A stretch of DNA of 64,000 nt from Mnemiopsis leidyi. Its lineage: Eukaryota. The notes beneath the pieces were generated by a model. That model was given only the letters and a program-made list of their open reading frames with translations. It searched no databases and had not been told where the DNA came from. This document shows, piece by piece, positions 36,880 to 49,658 of this stretch. The position numbers and the translations under genes are program-made. Within the stretch, counting starts at the first letter, position 1. Each line of letters starts with the position of its first letter. The stretch is taken from NCBI GenBank assembly GCA_048537945.1, contig CM108483.1, positions 9,914,715-9,978,714 on the forward strand. Direction: 5' to 3'.

Positions 36880-38139
36880 TCATTCTAAGTGAGTTGTAGG
36901 ATTTTCGGTTTCTTTGAATGTCATTTCATCAAGTAAATTCGAATTTATTTTCCCTAGCTGTAAGTCAGCCATCTTATCTACCGTGAATTCGTGAATTAAC
37001 GGTCCGAACATACGTTTACACTGATATTCAATAGAGAAGACATCCCAATATTTGACCGTAGAAGAAACTAGGTCCTTCCATTTGTTAACAATTTCTGTAG
37101 AATTCCTGTAAACATTGAGAGCATGTTTAGGTGCATTTTTAAACCCCTCGGATTCTGCCCCAGTTATATTCCTAATGTACTCCCTTATGTGATCGGTAAG
37201 CTTTTCTCCAATAAACGAATAGACCCTCTCAGCAGTTTCGAGTGGTTTTAACGACATCTCGTGGTGGCTCACCCTCAAATACCTCTCCTTCAACCAAGGA
37301 TCGCTCTCAACAAACTCCATAGCTTTTACATGGTTGTAACAGTAGTTGAACGCTTCCCAAGCCATCTTGGTCCTCCTCTGAATGACGTCTCCGGTTGCCA
37401 GAAGCTCCGGTTCCACCATTGTCCTACTGTCCCACATAAAAAACTTGCCTCCGGTCCGTCTTGACATCATCAGTGCTACCGGGTGACGCAGTAGTTGAAT
37501 AACTTGAACATCGGCCGATTTAATCTGAGCAATCTTAAGAATATCTTTTAAATCCTCTAGCCGTATCACTTTTATGACCGTAGTCTTGCGATATCGACAT
37601 ATTTCTTGTTGTGATATACCGTTACCTAACATTGCTTTGGGACAATCCGTGGTGTTGAATCTGTGGAGGTGTTCCTGGGCAGTGCCGCACCACTGGTACT
37701 TCTCCGGGAAAGGAGTGAGGTACACGGTACAGTTGTGTAGCATCTGCTGGAGGTACAGCATCCTCAAGTCGCTCTCAGTATGATCCGACCGTGCCCCTAT
37801 CAGCGCACCCCGGGCACGGAGATTCCGAATGTGAGAGCTGTGAAACGGTTCAAACATATACTGCATGGTGGGGTTACTGTCGAACAGGTTACCCAGGAAT
37901 GTTGACCCACTTCGGAATGCAGCCAGGACGATGATTAACTTTTTGTGTGGGTTCAGGTCGAGATTAAATGCTGGGTCCAGTGCTGGGCGGTTGAAAATTC
38001 TCGGTAAATATGAACGGCCTTTGTGTTTTGTTTGGATATTGTTTTGTGGAAACTCAGCTTGCAAGCAGGCGAAAATAAACGAAACAAAGAGACATCCTCC
38101 AAGAAATGCAGTAAGCAACCGCCATATTTCTGATCCCAT
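36880..38139 (-). CDS. Carbohydrate 6-O-sulfotransferase (CHST/GlcNAc-Gal 6-O-sulfotransferase family, type II membrane protein) with a single coding exon.
   Basis: The N-terminal transmembrane segment is WRLLTAFLGGCLFVSFIFACL. The 5'-PSB motif is IIVLAAFRSGSTFLGNLF. The 3'-PB motif is VIQLLRHPVALMMSRR. ORF 36880..38187 starts 16 codons earlier, but a pyrimidine tract plus AG sits 8 nt upstream of the ATG at 38139, which suggests the true CDS starts at MGSEIW after a spliced 5' UTR. Confidence 0.75.
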   Translation of the reverse strand: MGSEIWRLLTAFLGGCLFVSFIFACLQAEFPQNNIQTKHKGRSYLPRIFNRPALDPAFNLDLNPHKKLIIVLAAFRSGSTFLGNLFDSNPTMQYMFEPFHSSHIRNLRARGALIGARSDHTESDLRMLYLQQMLHNCTVYLTPFPEKYQWCGTAQEHLHRFNTTDCPKAMLGNGISQQEICRYRKTTVIKVIRLEDLKDILKIAQIKSADVQVIQLLRHPVALMMSRRTGGKFFMWDSRTMVEPELLATGDVIQRRTKMAWEAFNYCYNHVKAMEFVESDPWLKERYLRVSHHEMSLKPLETAERVYSFIGEKLTDHIREYIRNITGAESEGFKNAPKHALNVYRNSTEIVNKWKDLVSSTVKYWDVFSIEYQCKRMFGPLIHEFTVDKMADLQLGKINSNLLDEMTFKETENPTTHLE

Positions 38140-40559
38140 ATCTGATCTGTTGTTGAAAATTTTGATAAGGTAAAAAGTAATAAACATCTACATTTAGTAC
38201 TAACGATGCAATATATAATTTTAAATTTCAACTCATGAAAAACTGCAATCTACTTTAATTCAAACTGGGGTATGTGTCTCGTGGGAAATAGTGGCTTGTG
38301 TGCTGCATACTTTAGATGCGGTGATACAATACTATAAGTAGCCTTTACAAGGAAGTACTCGTAATTTTAAGTGTATAAGGTGCACGAAAAACGGAACAAA
38401 TAACAAAAAAGACTGCTACCGAAATGACCATTGAGATGCATTAATCTACTTTTAAATCTATAATCTGACTGCTATGTCCCCTCAGTGCCCCCCTTGGGTT
38501 TGTCCCTAAATCTGTCCCGATTCAGTGTCTGTATTTCCATGTACGGGAAACTCTATTCGCTACGATAAAGCCCCTGTCGTGGAGTCTTAGCTTTTATTTC
38601 CATATTGGGAGCTGGTCACATTTCCGCACTAATTATAACACCCATTGTTAGACGTTTGACTTAACGATCCATTGACAGCCGACATTTTCGCCAATTGTGA
38701 CGTAAGCAGGGTTGTGAAGTCTTTTCCCGTTTCTCCTACTATTCTGTCGTAAATGCGACCTTGACAAACGGGGAAAATTGCTTGATCTGACATCGAAAGT
38801 GGGAAAATCATGACAAAGAATGCTCCTATCAAAATTAAATTGCGACTTACTTAAGCCACGTGTTACTGTGTTGGGAAGATTGGTTGTGTCATCATATTTG
38901 AGAATTTTTGTATAAGTACTGAGGCAATGAACGGCTCGCTCACTAACATCAACCGCTAAAACTTGAAGAAAAGGGCGTCATGCATTATATCAATTATTAA
39001 AGGTAGAAAAACTTGGTATTGGAACTTCAGAATACAAACCTTGGGAATTATATTGATTATCCGATCATCATCATTGAATAAGCAAAGGCTGTAAAAAATG
39101 TTGACAAAGTATGTTCTAATCTACAGTAATTAAAAAGTTTAATGATTGAGTTTAAAATCTTATAGTATAAATTATTGATGAAATACTCGCCCACATTAGT
39201 CGATTAGAAAAATAGCTCTTGGTTTTTTTTCGTATCGAATTTCCATCTGTTCTTGCGGATTGCATTTATAATAACTCATCGTTGTCATACCTATATTGAG
39301 AAAATCAACGTTGGCGTTGAAGTAAAATAATGATCTGCCCCACTTCTCCATTGAAGTTGAACACCCCAGTTTTTGACACATATTTTGAAATGTCATCCGC
39401 CGGTATCGCCATCAGTAACGGTTCGAGACGCACTTATTGAGTTTAATAGGTGACTTCAAGTGAATGTTGAAGGTGCATCTCGTTTGATTATAGACCACTT
39501 TAAACATAAGCTGGATTCCTCTTCACCCCACGCCGCAGGCTTCAACCATGGTACTAGGTGTCCCCCAGGAGGGTCTTGTCCTTGACAGGCTTGTAGAAAC
39601 TGCAATAAAACTGTAAATATACAGCGGCCGGCGAGGCTTTAAACGCTAAATTTAGATCTGAGCTGGACGCGTTAGACTTTGGTACTGATAGTTTTCAGCA
39701 AAGAATGGTGATGATGTACGATTGAATGGCGTGGCCGGTAGGTATTTCAAATATATTGTAACTTTCCTAAACTTAAAGAAGCCAGGTGCCTGGTTTCCGT
39801 TTATTCCCGGGTTTTACTTCAGAAGTCGACTGTCTGCTCTCCCAGCTTCTTAGGGTCTGGCGGTTGTTCTACTACGTGTAACCAGATTAGTGAGCCGTAG
39901 CAAAGTCAGTAAATCACTAAATCAGTCACATCAACAAATTTTGGGGTTAAGTACTGTTGTGTGGCTAGTGATATCCTTATTGCGATGTTACAAATTTTCA
40001 TGTAAATGTGTGTGTCATTCGTACAAGAATCGGGAAAAACTGTTTTGACCGTATAAGGATATGAGCTCCTGTTTTTTCCTAATATGGTCTGCCTTCGTCA
40101 CCGTCTGAGCTTGCTCGAGAGCAGCTCTTTACCTAATTAGGGCATTGGTAAGTCTAAGGAGGTCACATGACACATCCTGAGTCACGTGACTTGCCGATCA
40201 ATTCGTCATCTGGGCAGGTGTATCCTGTGTAAAGTGTGTGTACCCAACTACCCTTCTGCATGTGAATATGATCTCCTAGCAAGTAGCACTGAGCCTTCCT
40301 TCAACACACGATTCACTGCTGGACTTTGCCTGAAAGGCCTGAAATCGGTGAGCGCCGTGAGACTGAGAGCACCTGATGGCCGCGACAGTACTAGGGAGCC
40401 CTGAGACTTTGGGACCTCGGGGCTCGGACACTGGTTTCCATCTCCGGCGGGCAGGCCGAGTACGAGACGGAAAAAAAACAGCCGCATCGCCACCAATGAT
40501 CGCCTACTGAGGGATATTCCAGAATGCAACATCATTCGTAATGAACAAACAACCGCACT

Positions 40560-40800
40560 GAGCATAGACCAAACCTTCCAGGTGGAAATCCCGGCCAAGG
40601 AAGCCTACCAGGAAGCATACTTTGAACAATATGAGATCACCTGCTTCACCGATGGCTTAAAGACCACTGAAGGCGTCTGCTCAGGATTGACAATCAAAGC
40701 TAAATCAGGCCCACAAAGGTCACGAAGGGAACGAGACAGCCGACAGGCTAGCGAAAAATGGTTCCAGCAATTGTGATGACCCTGAGTTGGTTATACCGAT
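40560..40800 (+). mobile_element. RNase H domain remnant of a non-LTR retrotransposon, frameshifted.
   Basis: ORF 40582..40776 contains ITCFTDGLKTTEGVCSGL (TDGSK-type). The adjacent frame has GNETADRLAKNGS (GNExADxLAK motif). There is no intact ORF. Confidence 0.55.
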
Positions 40801-41811
40801 AACCCCGACTAAAACAACACGATTAGTCAAATTCATGATCAGGTCAGGCATGAATTATGCATAACGCGAAAGCAGAGACCAGGGCGCGGCGTAAGCCATG
40901 GCTCCCCATACTTGGATCAGAAAAGACTCGGCCACGCTAGTCACGCCCTGCCCTAGAAGTAGAACACTATCGAACGACCTCTCCTTAAGGGCTTAATCCG
41001 TTTGAACAGCCCAGCCCCTCCCCGTCTTCAAGAGAAGTGAGAGGGAAGCTGGTCAACCCCCGGGCTGGGGTGCGAACGAGAGCCCCCCCCCCCCATTTTA
41101 AGGAGAATACGTAACAAGGTGTAAAGGGTAATTGCCGTAAAATTGGTGAAAAGATTCAATTCAGCCCGCCGCATGTGAAAAATGTTGAAAATTCCCCTGT
41201 AAGATAGCGTAGAAGCAATGTCGTAATAAAATTTGATGGCATTTTGGGTGGACAAATGATGCCTTGGCTCCCCCCCCCATCCAAATTTTTGAGGTTGGGG
41301 GCCTGCCCTTGGCTCCCCTGTTCCGTTACTCGTGCAGAGAATAAGGCGACAACGAGATTATGACAACTTGATTTTCGGCAGAAATATAAATTCGAATTTT
41401 TAAAAGTACGAAATATCTCTTTACAAGTGCATCCTAGGTGCTTTATAGATATCACTTATCAGAACCCGAAAAAAAAGAAAGCGCTTTCTATTCATCTTCT
41501 AACTTTTTCCATTCAATCCTATCTAAGGCCAAATATCTAAGGTCTTCAAAGTCAGTAATATTCCTAAGTGGTATGCCAAGATCATCCAAACTTTTTCAAA
41601 CTTGCTAAAAGCAACATTTCCAAGAAATATACGATTCTTTATGTCTCGACAGAGCAGACAAGCGATCCTAGAATTTTATTTGAGCGCCACTCTTCATCAC
41701 CCCTATAAATGTTTCCAACTCTTACTTTGTGTAGCAGAAGGTTTTGGGCCTGCTAAATAGAAATGTACAAATTCAGTCTTAGAGGGGTTTATATGAAGGT
41801 TCCACTGTTCA

Positions 41812-41872
41812 GTGTAAGGTAAGAAGAATTAATAAGTGTAAGGTAAGAAGAATTAATAAGGTAAGAAATATT
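41812..41872. repeat. Tandem duplication of a 24-bp unit gtgtaaggtaagaagaattaataa (2.5 copies).
   Basis: The repeat was read directly from the sequence. Confidence 0.8.
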
Positions 41873-42479
41873 AGTTTTAGAGTATGTACATTTTGGGATC
41901 TAACATTACATTTTACATTAATCTGCACAATCAGCTAAATTATGAGTATAATGTTACTTCAGCTCATTTAAGAACCGGTTAAGAACGAGCCGCATTGCCG
42001 GGTAAATTAGTGGCGGTCTATGACGTATCAATGTGATGTGATTTACCTCAGAGGTCGTTCACAGATGTTTTCATCACCTATGGGGGAGGGGTTTCCAAAT
42101 GATGACCAGGTGGAGGGGGTTTGAAAAACAATTTTTTTAAACAATTTTAATTTTAAAATTGATGTCATCAAAAATTGACTATTTTTGGAGATTTTTTAGT
42201 TTTTTAGGATTTTCAAAACAATTTTTATTAATTTTTCATGATTCTAATCAAAATAAGAAGGACAATTTTCAAAGTAAGATGGACAATTTTGTGGAGTAAT
42301 TTAAGTAAGACAATTTTCAAGTTAATTTTTTTATTGAAACATAAGGTAAAATTGTATATGGTGTAATAAAAGCTGTTATTGTAAAAAATGATATGGTTCA
42401 TTTCTACCAAGCTCCGTGCAGGGTGTAAATTTTTTAAGATTGCGTTTACTGGAGACAGATTCTCCACGTGGGGCTTTGT

Positions 42480-42760
42480 TCAATGCATTGTAGGTCAAGT
42501 TGGATTTGTGAAATTGCGTCGTTAATTCTTCGAAGCTTTTTGGAGGCGTGGCTTCATGGAAGAGCTTGCTACACGTTTGCTAGCCCAGCTGCCGCGAAGC
42601 GGCAGCCTTCGGCGCGCGTGAGACAAGGAAGAGCCTCATGTCAAAGGAAGAGAGTGAGAAACTACCAAGAGAATATCAAGGAGCTGTCGGATGACTCAGA
42701 GGTTGTACGGCAGCGCGCACCCTCCTGTCATTTCGCTTCGAATGATGGTCGGACAAAGTC
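42480..42760 (-). repeat. Reverse-orientation copy of the gamma module of the composite repeat family, including the perfect hairpin gctgccgcgaagcggcagc at 42588..42606.
   Basis: The reverse complement of 42700..42760 matches 1336..1420 and 5040..5110 (ttgtctgactttgtccgaccNtcattcgaagcgaa..atgacaggagggtgcgcg). Confidence 0.6.
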
Positions 42761-43974
42761 AGACAACTTAGAAGAGTCACTATCGTAGTGCATGATCAGA
42801 CAGTCTTGAAAATATGTACTGTGTTTTTAATGAATTTTTCATCAAAATGAATGGGGGTCCCAAGTCCCAACTGTGATGATATCACAATTTGGTTATTTAC
42901 CTCTGAAATTCAGGGAGGTGTTGTCTTGATGACGAATGATGACAGAGGGGAGAGGAAGGGGTAAAAAATGCCTAAAAATTTGCTGACGTCATATGTGAAC
43001 AACCCCTTATCGAAAGAGATCAAATTGCCAACTTAGAACCTACGCAAGAACGGTGATGACATACGAAAGGGCAAGAATGCACAATCGGTTGACCATGATC
43101 AACAATCTTAATCTCCGAATAGATGATGAACAAAATCATTCAATGTCTGAATGATTGTTGGGAATGTTGTCCGAAGCATGTTGACACGTTTTGCGATTGT
43201 AGAAACTTTAAACTTCCTCCTATACAGCGATGTAATCAGAGTCCTGATATTATTGGGTGTATTTTTTCATCGCTTCTTAGGAGGCATTGTGAAAGGAAAA
43301 CGGCAACAAAACTCATATAGGAGTTTTGGACAATGTCCCGTTAATAAGGAAATCAGTGAAATACTCGCAAATCTTGCTACACTAAATGCTAAAAAGCGTG
43401 GTTTGTCGACCACACAAGTACAAAATCGCGCGCAATCGGAAAAGTGACGTTAATCTTTATCACCTTCCTGTACAATTCTATAATTTATAAAACAACATGA
43501 CCGCTTTTTATGTGGTCAGCTTCCCTAGGTTTCCATTCGGAATTTAATTGTCTACGAGAACTTTGAATAAATGAACATTCGCAGATCATCGCTCCTAATG
43601 TTGAATAGATTAACACTAACTCCTTCAACCCCATTGTAAAGCGGCTACCTGTATAACTTGCCCCTTTATAGAGTTAGACAAATTTTGTGTAAAGATCGGA
43701 TAGATATTCCAAGTGGAAGAAGTAAATAAAAATACTTAAACTCAAGTCCCGAAATCAAAAAGAGCTCGATGTGGGCAAAAACTTTAAAGCCCAATCGAGC
43801 TATCATTAATTGTTGTGTTTGTGCATTGCTCTTTTCCATTAATTGCACTTGGATTATTTCTTTATTGATTAATAAGCCCCTACAGGCCTACAACAAATTT
43901 CGTGGAAAGAAATAACCCAAGTATTAATAGAAAAGGCCCATACTTGATTAAAACAAGTATATCATAACTTCCCC

Positions 43975-44060
43975 CTCATCATCAATCGTCATCATTTGAC
44001 AACATATGTGAACGACCCCTTATAGGCCTGCTGCCACGAAGCGGCAGCCCCGCGACGTCA
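43975..44060 (+). repeat. Partial copy of the repeat family with the hairpin gctgccacgaagcggcagc (44029..44047, one stem mismatch) followed by cccgcgacgtcaggctt.
   Basis: The tail cgcgacgtcaggct also appears at 34695..34712. The upstream motif atatgtgaacgaccccttat recurs at 42975 and, inverted, at 42050. Confidence 0.5.
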
Positions 44061-47000
44061 GGCTTATAACACTCTATTAGTTTTGGCGCCTATTATCATC
44101 TTTAGTGTACAAGTAAAAACATACTTATAGGCCTGGGACCAGGGAGAGTTACCAGATTAGTTAGCACTTAGCCGTCATGCCGCACGGTTTCTGGTCAGTT
44201 TGGTATGCGGGTGAAGCCTCTGAAATGGAAGATTCCGTGAATTGGCCGCACTTCGGCGATCATCACTTTCTTAAAACGTCACCACTAGACTTGGTAGAAA
44301 GGAACCGACTTGATGAGGGGTTTCAGGATAGCTCGACTAGTGTATCGAACCGTTTAATAAATCACGTACCAACTTGAACTCCTTATGTCGTGCTGGAATT
44401 TCGGGGACACAGTTCAATCTGAATAGAAAGGAAAAAGGATATATTTAGTTAGTGTTTTTTGGGTTGTAAATTTTTATTTATCTTTTTTGATAGGATTAAG
44501 GAGGTTTTTTATCGAACTTTTACTGGTTTTTTGAAATCTCATTCCACAAAAATTGAACATTGATAAAATGAGAACATGCATTTGGATTTTCGACAGTTAC
44601 GATTCAATGTGTAATAAAAATCAATGTTAGATAATCCCTAGAAATAGATATTTTTAATTTTTTGACAGTTTTTTGTTACGGAACACAGGCCTCCCAGCTG
44701 GGCCCCTCCTTTGATAATATGGAACTTGTAAGGCTGAAAGCGACACAGAATTTCATTTATTGACTCCCTAACCGGTCTGAATGAACTTAGTCTTCATTTT
44801 GTTGTTGTTGCTTTTCTTAATCACAGCCTTTTTACAATGACTAATTGAGGAATTCCTTTCATCCCATTAGTGCCTAGCCCTACTTGGACACGGCAATTGC
44901 TCCTGTTTGTTAGGTCTGTGAGTATTGGAGCTCTCAATAATTTCTAAAAGTTTTCGGACCCTCACTCATCCTGTCATCTAGTCTTCGGAGACATTTTTAC
45001 GTTACATTTCAGCAATTCGACATCTTGACACCTTTAAAAGTTTAACAAGTCGCGGACTATCCGGCCTTGGTCCGGGCTAAACTGCAACGATAATTGTTGC
45101 TGTATCTCACACATTTGGAAACGTCCAAGACGGAGGTGTTCCCCGGACTTTCCAGATACCTTGTTGTCGGATGTCTGGGTGTGTTGAGTGAGAGAAGAGA
45201 GGCCAGCCTTTTCGTCGCAGACGGAGTTAGAGAGCAATGTTTTATTGTCATTCACTTTGTAACTTTGAGAGCAAGGTGTCCCGGGATAAACCTTAACACT
45301 TACACATGTTAATTGTAACCCGTGATGACAACAAGTATTTTCTGCTTCCGCCGTGCAGTCTAAGTAAAATGTTTTTATTTCGGTAAAGCAGATGTTTGTC
45401 TGATTTTAACGGATGTAATACAAGCAGGCAGAAGGTTTGCAGATTATACCCTGGCCCTGGTGGAAGTTAATGTAGGCTAAATTTAGATTCAGCATGTTTC
45501 CATGTAAGAGAAAGGGTGGCAAACTGGATGTCCACTTCGAGGATTGGCTCATCCTGTTTAACTGATTGTTAAACAGGACTTCAGTACAACTGTACAAATG
45601 TTGCTCCGATAGCTGGCCATAAACGGCTCTTCGCTTCCTTAATAAGTCTTACATCAATACGGCTCCTATAACTTCTATCGGAAAGTACAGTAGTACACAA
45701 TAAAATTAACTTCGTCTTTTATTAAATGTTTAAGTTCAAGCCATTGGTTTTAAAAGAGCTTTTAATTTTTTGGCTATCCTTCGCTTGACTAGCTCAACCG
45801 GGGTATATTAAAGCACACTACACTCATAGTATAGTAAAGTACTTTACAGTTTACACCCACAAAATTATACTTTTGATGCAAGCCAATAGATTTAGTGGTA
45901 GGCTGCTAATTGATTTTAACAGTTATCTGTAGAATTATTCAAGTATATTTTGTATATAGAAAGTAGTATACTGATAGTAAAAGTAGTCAAATTTGGGTCT
46001 GCAGTGAGGACATGATTTTGGAAAATGAGTTTAAATTTTACAACAAAATCTTCCGGAATATCATCGATAAGTGAGTGTCAAATGTTTGGAACTCCTTTTA
46101 AATTTATTTTTCTCATCTACCTCGTGGTAGAATAAGCAATATCCATTAAAATTTTACCCCTTTGTTCGTTTTCTTTTTGCTTTTTGATCAAATGTTTGTT
46201 CGCAAAACAAGAGCAAAAGGAAAACAAATACCAGATGCTTTGGTCGCTGGAGGCCGTTTTTTCGAAGATATCAGTTTTTCTTTCAGGAGATGTAAAAATC
46301 CTTTTGAGTTTTATGTTGCTTCAATATTGAATAGTATATTTATGAAAAAATATTGAAACGACCAAATCATCATTAGAGTTTAAACTTCAAATAAAACAAA
46401 CAATCAGAATTCAAAGATCTATCTGCTTCGCAAACATTTGATCAAAAACCAAGCAATATGTTTTCATCATCATTTTTCGATGGATACTAAATTTTTGCAA
46501 AGAATCGAGATTTACTAAAAACTACACCTATGTACATTCAAATAAAAATCTAGCATTAAGTATAAAAACACGAAAAAAAGTTAAAATTTTCAACATCAAT
46601 CAAAAAGTGACTGAAAATTAAATTCAGTCTAAATCGAGTACCTTATCATCCTCTTGAAATTCGATGTCATTTTGCTTTTTTGTGCAATATTTTGCATTCC
46701 GGGTAATTTGGCTTAAAGTTTTGGGCAGCGTGTCTATTATTAGGTTAAAATTGCACGATCTTTTTATTGAAATTAATCTTAAACTAACAGGTATAATCGT
46801 GTTACATAAATTTGATCTTCTCTACAGATTCTGATTCAGTGAATAAGATGTGATTTTGTCTTTTTTAAATCTATAAGTCATTGGTTAGCGGCCCCTGATT
46901 TGTCAAATTTGTAAGAATTCTTAGCGTGGTTGGAATGAATGAAATTTATCAGGGCCTGCTGGGGAAGGTCAATAAGGTACTTCTTTTAAGACAAAATCAG

Positions 47001-47430
47001 GTAGTTTAACTCAACATAATTGTCAAGATTCACAGATAAGATCGGATTGCCAGAGGCCATTCCTCGGAAAGTCACCAAGCGTTTACAAGAAGGACTCGCG
47101 GAGCAGAGAAATAAAAGCCCAAAGAGAAAGAGAATCAGGTGACTTAACTGATATCATTCCGAGGGTCCTCAACGGTTTGGTACATTGGTGCCAGGGTTTT
47201 TCAAACCTTATCATCGTCAAGATTTGTATGTACCTCCATCGGGGCGGGCAATTCTGTGTCCGGGCCTAGCCTTCAGTATAAGGTCAGAGCCTTAATTCTG
47301 AGTTTCAAGTTTTAAACTTGAGGAAAATTCGGGGTTCTTCAACTTGCATTCTAGTGTGTGTTTACATGGTGGGACGGCACCTAGAATTATCAGTTCTGAA
47401 CATTAGTTTGACTTGCTGACCTGACGAAAA

Positions 47431-47461
47431 CCAGGTTGGCACCCTTAAGATGCCAACCTGG
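47431..47461. other. Perfect 11-bp-stem hairpin ccaggttggca-cccttaaga-tgccaacctgg.
   Basis: The hairpin was read directly from the sequence. It lies inside an unassigned region with overlapping ORFs on both strands. Confidence 0.6.
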
Positions 47462-49658
47462 TCAAGGTAAGTCTCATTGAGGGTCCACCACTCTGCCCTG
47501 GAAGAGAATCAGGTTGTTGCAACTGTCGTAGATGACGAAGACAAAGGGATGGGAGAAGGTGATGGTGGTGGAGGTCGTTCCCATCCTCGAGATGCTGGCT
47601 ATCGAGTAGGCTGCTGCTTCCGTTCCTGCTTCCGTTACCATGATCTAAGGAGAGTGGACTTGTCAGCAAAGTTCCAAAGTATGCAGACTTGTGTGCACTA
47701 ACGTGTCCCGAATATTTTGTGATTCCAGATGCAAATATTTCGTTGATTCCCATTAATATTATTGTGATAGGGCAGTCTAACATAATTGGGCGGGGCTTTC
47801 TGTGGATTTAGGAAAAGTGCCAAAAAGGCTAGAGCCGGGTCACTTCGGCTTAAGGTTTCGTATTTTCATTGGCTTGACTTTGTTATCGGAATGCTACTGT
47901 AATTCTTAAAGCTTTTAAACGACACACTATCGATCAAATTTTGCAACGAGATTCCTCGAATGCCGGATGTAAAATGTACGAAAAACTTCTCAATGGCCCT
48001 TGCTCCGTACCATCTGTTGACGGTAGCTTATATATCGAAAAGTTGCACCCTAACTATTACCTTGGCGCTGTGCAGGAGTCGATCTGCGGAGACTTGCGGC
48101 TCGCCCTCAAACAGATTGTTGAGTTCAGGACTGGTACCTCTACCTCTGGTAAATAACTCTCGTATCCCCATGTTTACCAGTGCTTCTGACACGTCGGCCT
48201 GGCGACGGAGTTATGAGTTTAACTGATCGTTTGGGTCATCTTTTGCCATATCAAAAGTGGAATACACATAGAATAGAGAGGTATGTTAGCGAAATATAGA
48301 AGATTAAAGGGATTTTAGGTTAAGGAATGAAGGGCTTTATGCCAGATGAATAGAGAAGAGAAGTCTTTTCATGGCATCTCTAGATACCGTCTTGGTCATT
48401 TTAGTAACGAGCAATTTTAGAATTCTCGACGGACATTAGATACCGAATCAGAGGCACGTCCCATAATTACTGATCTAGAACTGCTAGTCTTGATTTTATG
48501 CATCATGTAAAATTCAACATTCCTTATATTATTCTTCCATAAGAAACAGACCTTGTAACAAGGCTATTTAAGGAAATAAGAATCCTTTGAAATGAAAGAG
48601 GTTGTTCATCTTAGATGTCTTAAAATATAAGACAAAATGCCTGTAGTCAATAACTACGCTCCTAAGTAGGAGATTAATCAGCATAAAGCAACGAATCAAT
48701 TACAAATCCAACCTAAGTTTTTAAAAAAGAAGTTGACATTTGATTACAAAAAACTGATCTGAACAGTCGACATGTTGGACACGCAACTAAACCTGGTAGG
48801 AGATGGTGAACTTTGGGACTGTGACTGTTGCTATCATCTCGTGCATTTTGTAATGTTTTATCACACCAACTGTCCAACGTCTTATTGTTTCTTCGATGAA
48901 GTTTAGAGATATTTGTCCTTTCTCTGAAGTTTGTAGATTTTATCAAGGGAAAATAAATATAGTTGGTGGCGGATTATCTCAGACGACAAAATCGTCATGA
49001 GCGTTTACTGTTTGAGTGACTATTTCATTAAAAGTGAACGTGTGGTAAAATTGATTTAGACTACCCTGGCCTAATTCTCTTAACAAGTTGCTGGTGCAGT
49101 CCAAGTCTTAGTAATTTATCCAGGTCCGTCCAACGGAGTTCTATAATTCTTTTTTTCAATTCAATTTTTGCAATCAACATAATATTCAGTATTCTAGAGC
49201 TCCGGAAAATGGTGTTAAAAACTAGGATTTCTAGGAGCAGCTGCTATGTGCACGTGAGAGTATGTGATAGGTAGGTCGAGTGGGAGGGGGTGCCTAGCAC
49301 GCCTTGTCAGCCCAATCGTACTATTGACGGTCCACCGAGCGATTCAGTTGGTATAAGACTCAGCGTTCCAGGTCTGGTACGTGAGTTTGACTGCCGAAAG
49401 GGGTCGTGCCGCGATCGTGGGAGGGGTCGCTCGTCGTGCCGTCATTCCGAAGGACGAGGCTCAGTCCCATGTCGTCAGGGATCAGATCTATGTTAACCGT
49501 CAGACTCTCTCTCGGTTACAAGGACGGTTAACGGTTTCCCGCTTCCAACGTTGGGACAATATGCGGTCCAGTGAGCCGACAGTGAGCGGATTTTGAACCA
49601 GTGACCTGTTTCGTAGTCCAAGACAGCAGGGACGGTGTAAATAACGATATTTGCGTAC

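Noticed and set aside
38140-38187. An alternative upstream start codon (MFITFYLIKIFNNRSD) for the sulfotransferase.
   Set aside because: The stretch is pyrimidine-rich and ends in a canonical acceptor (caacag) immediately before the second ATG. That is more consistent with intron sequence than with coding sequence.
49290-49596. Two overlapping + strand ORFs (68 and 71 aa) that are Arg/Gly-rich.
   Set aside because: They are GC-rich and antisense to the serpin locus, with no motif support. They are most likely spurious.
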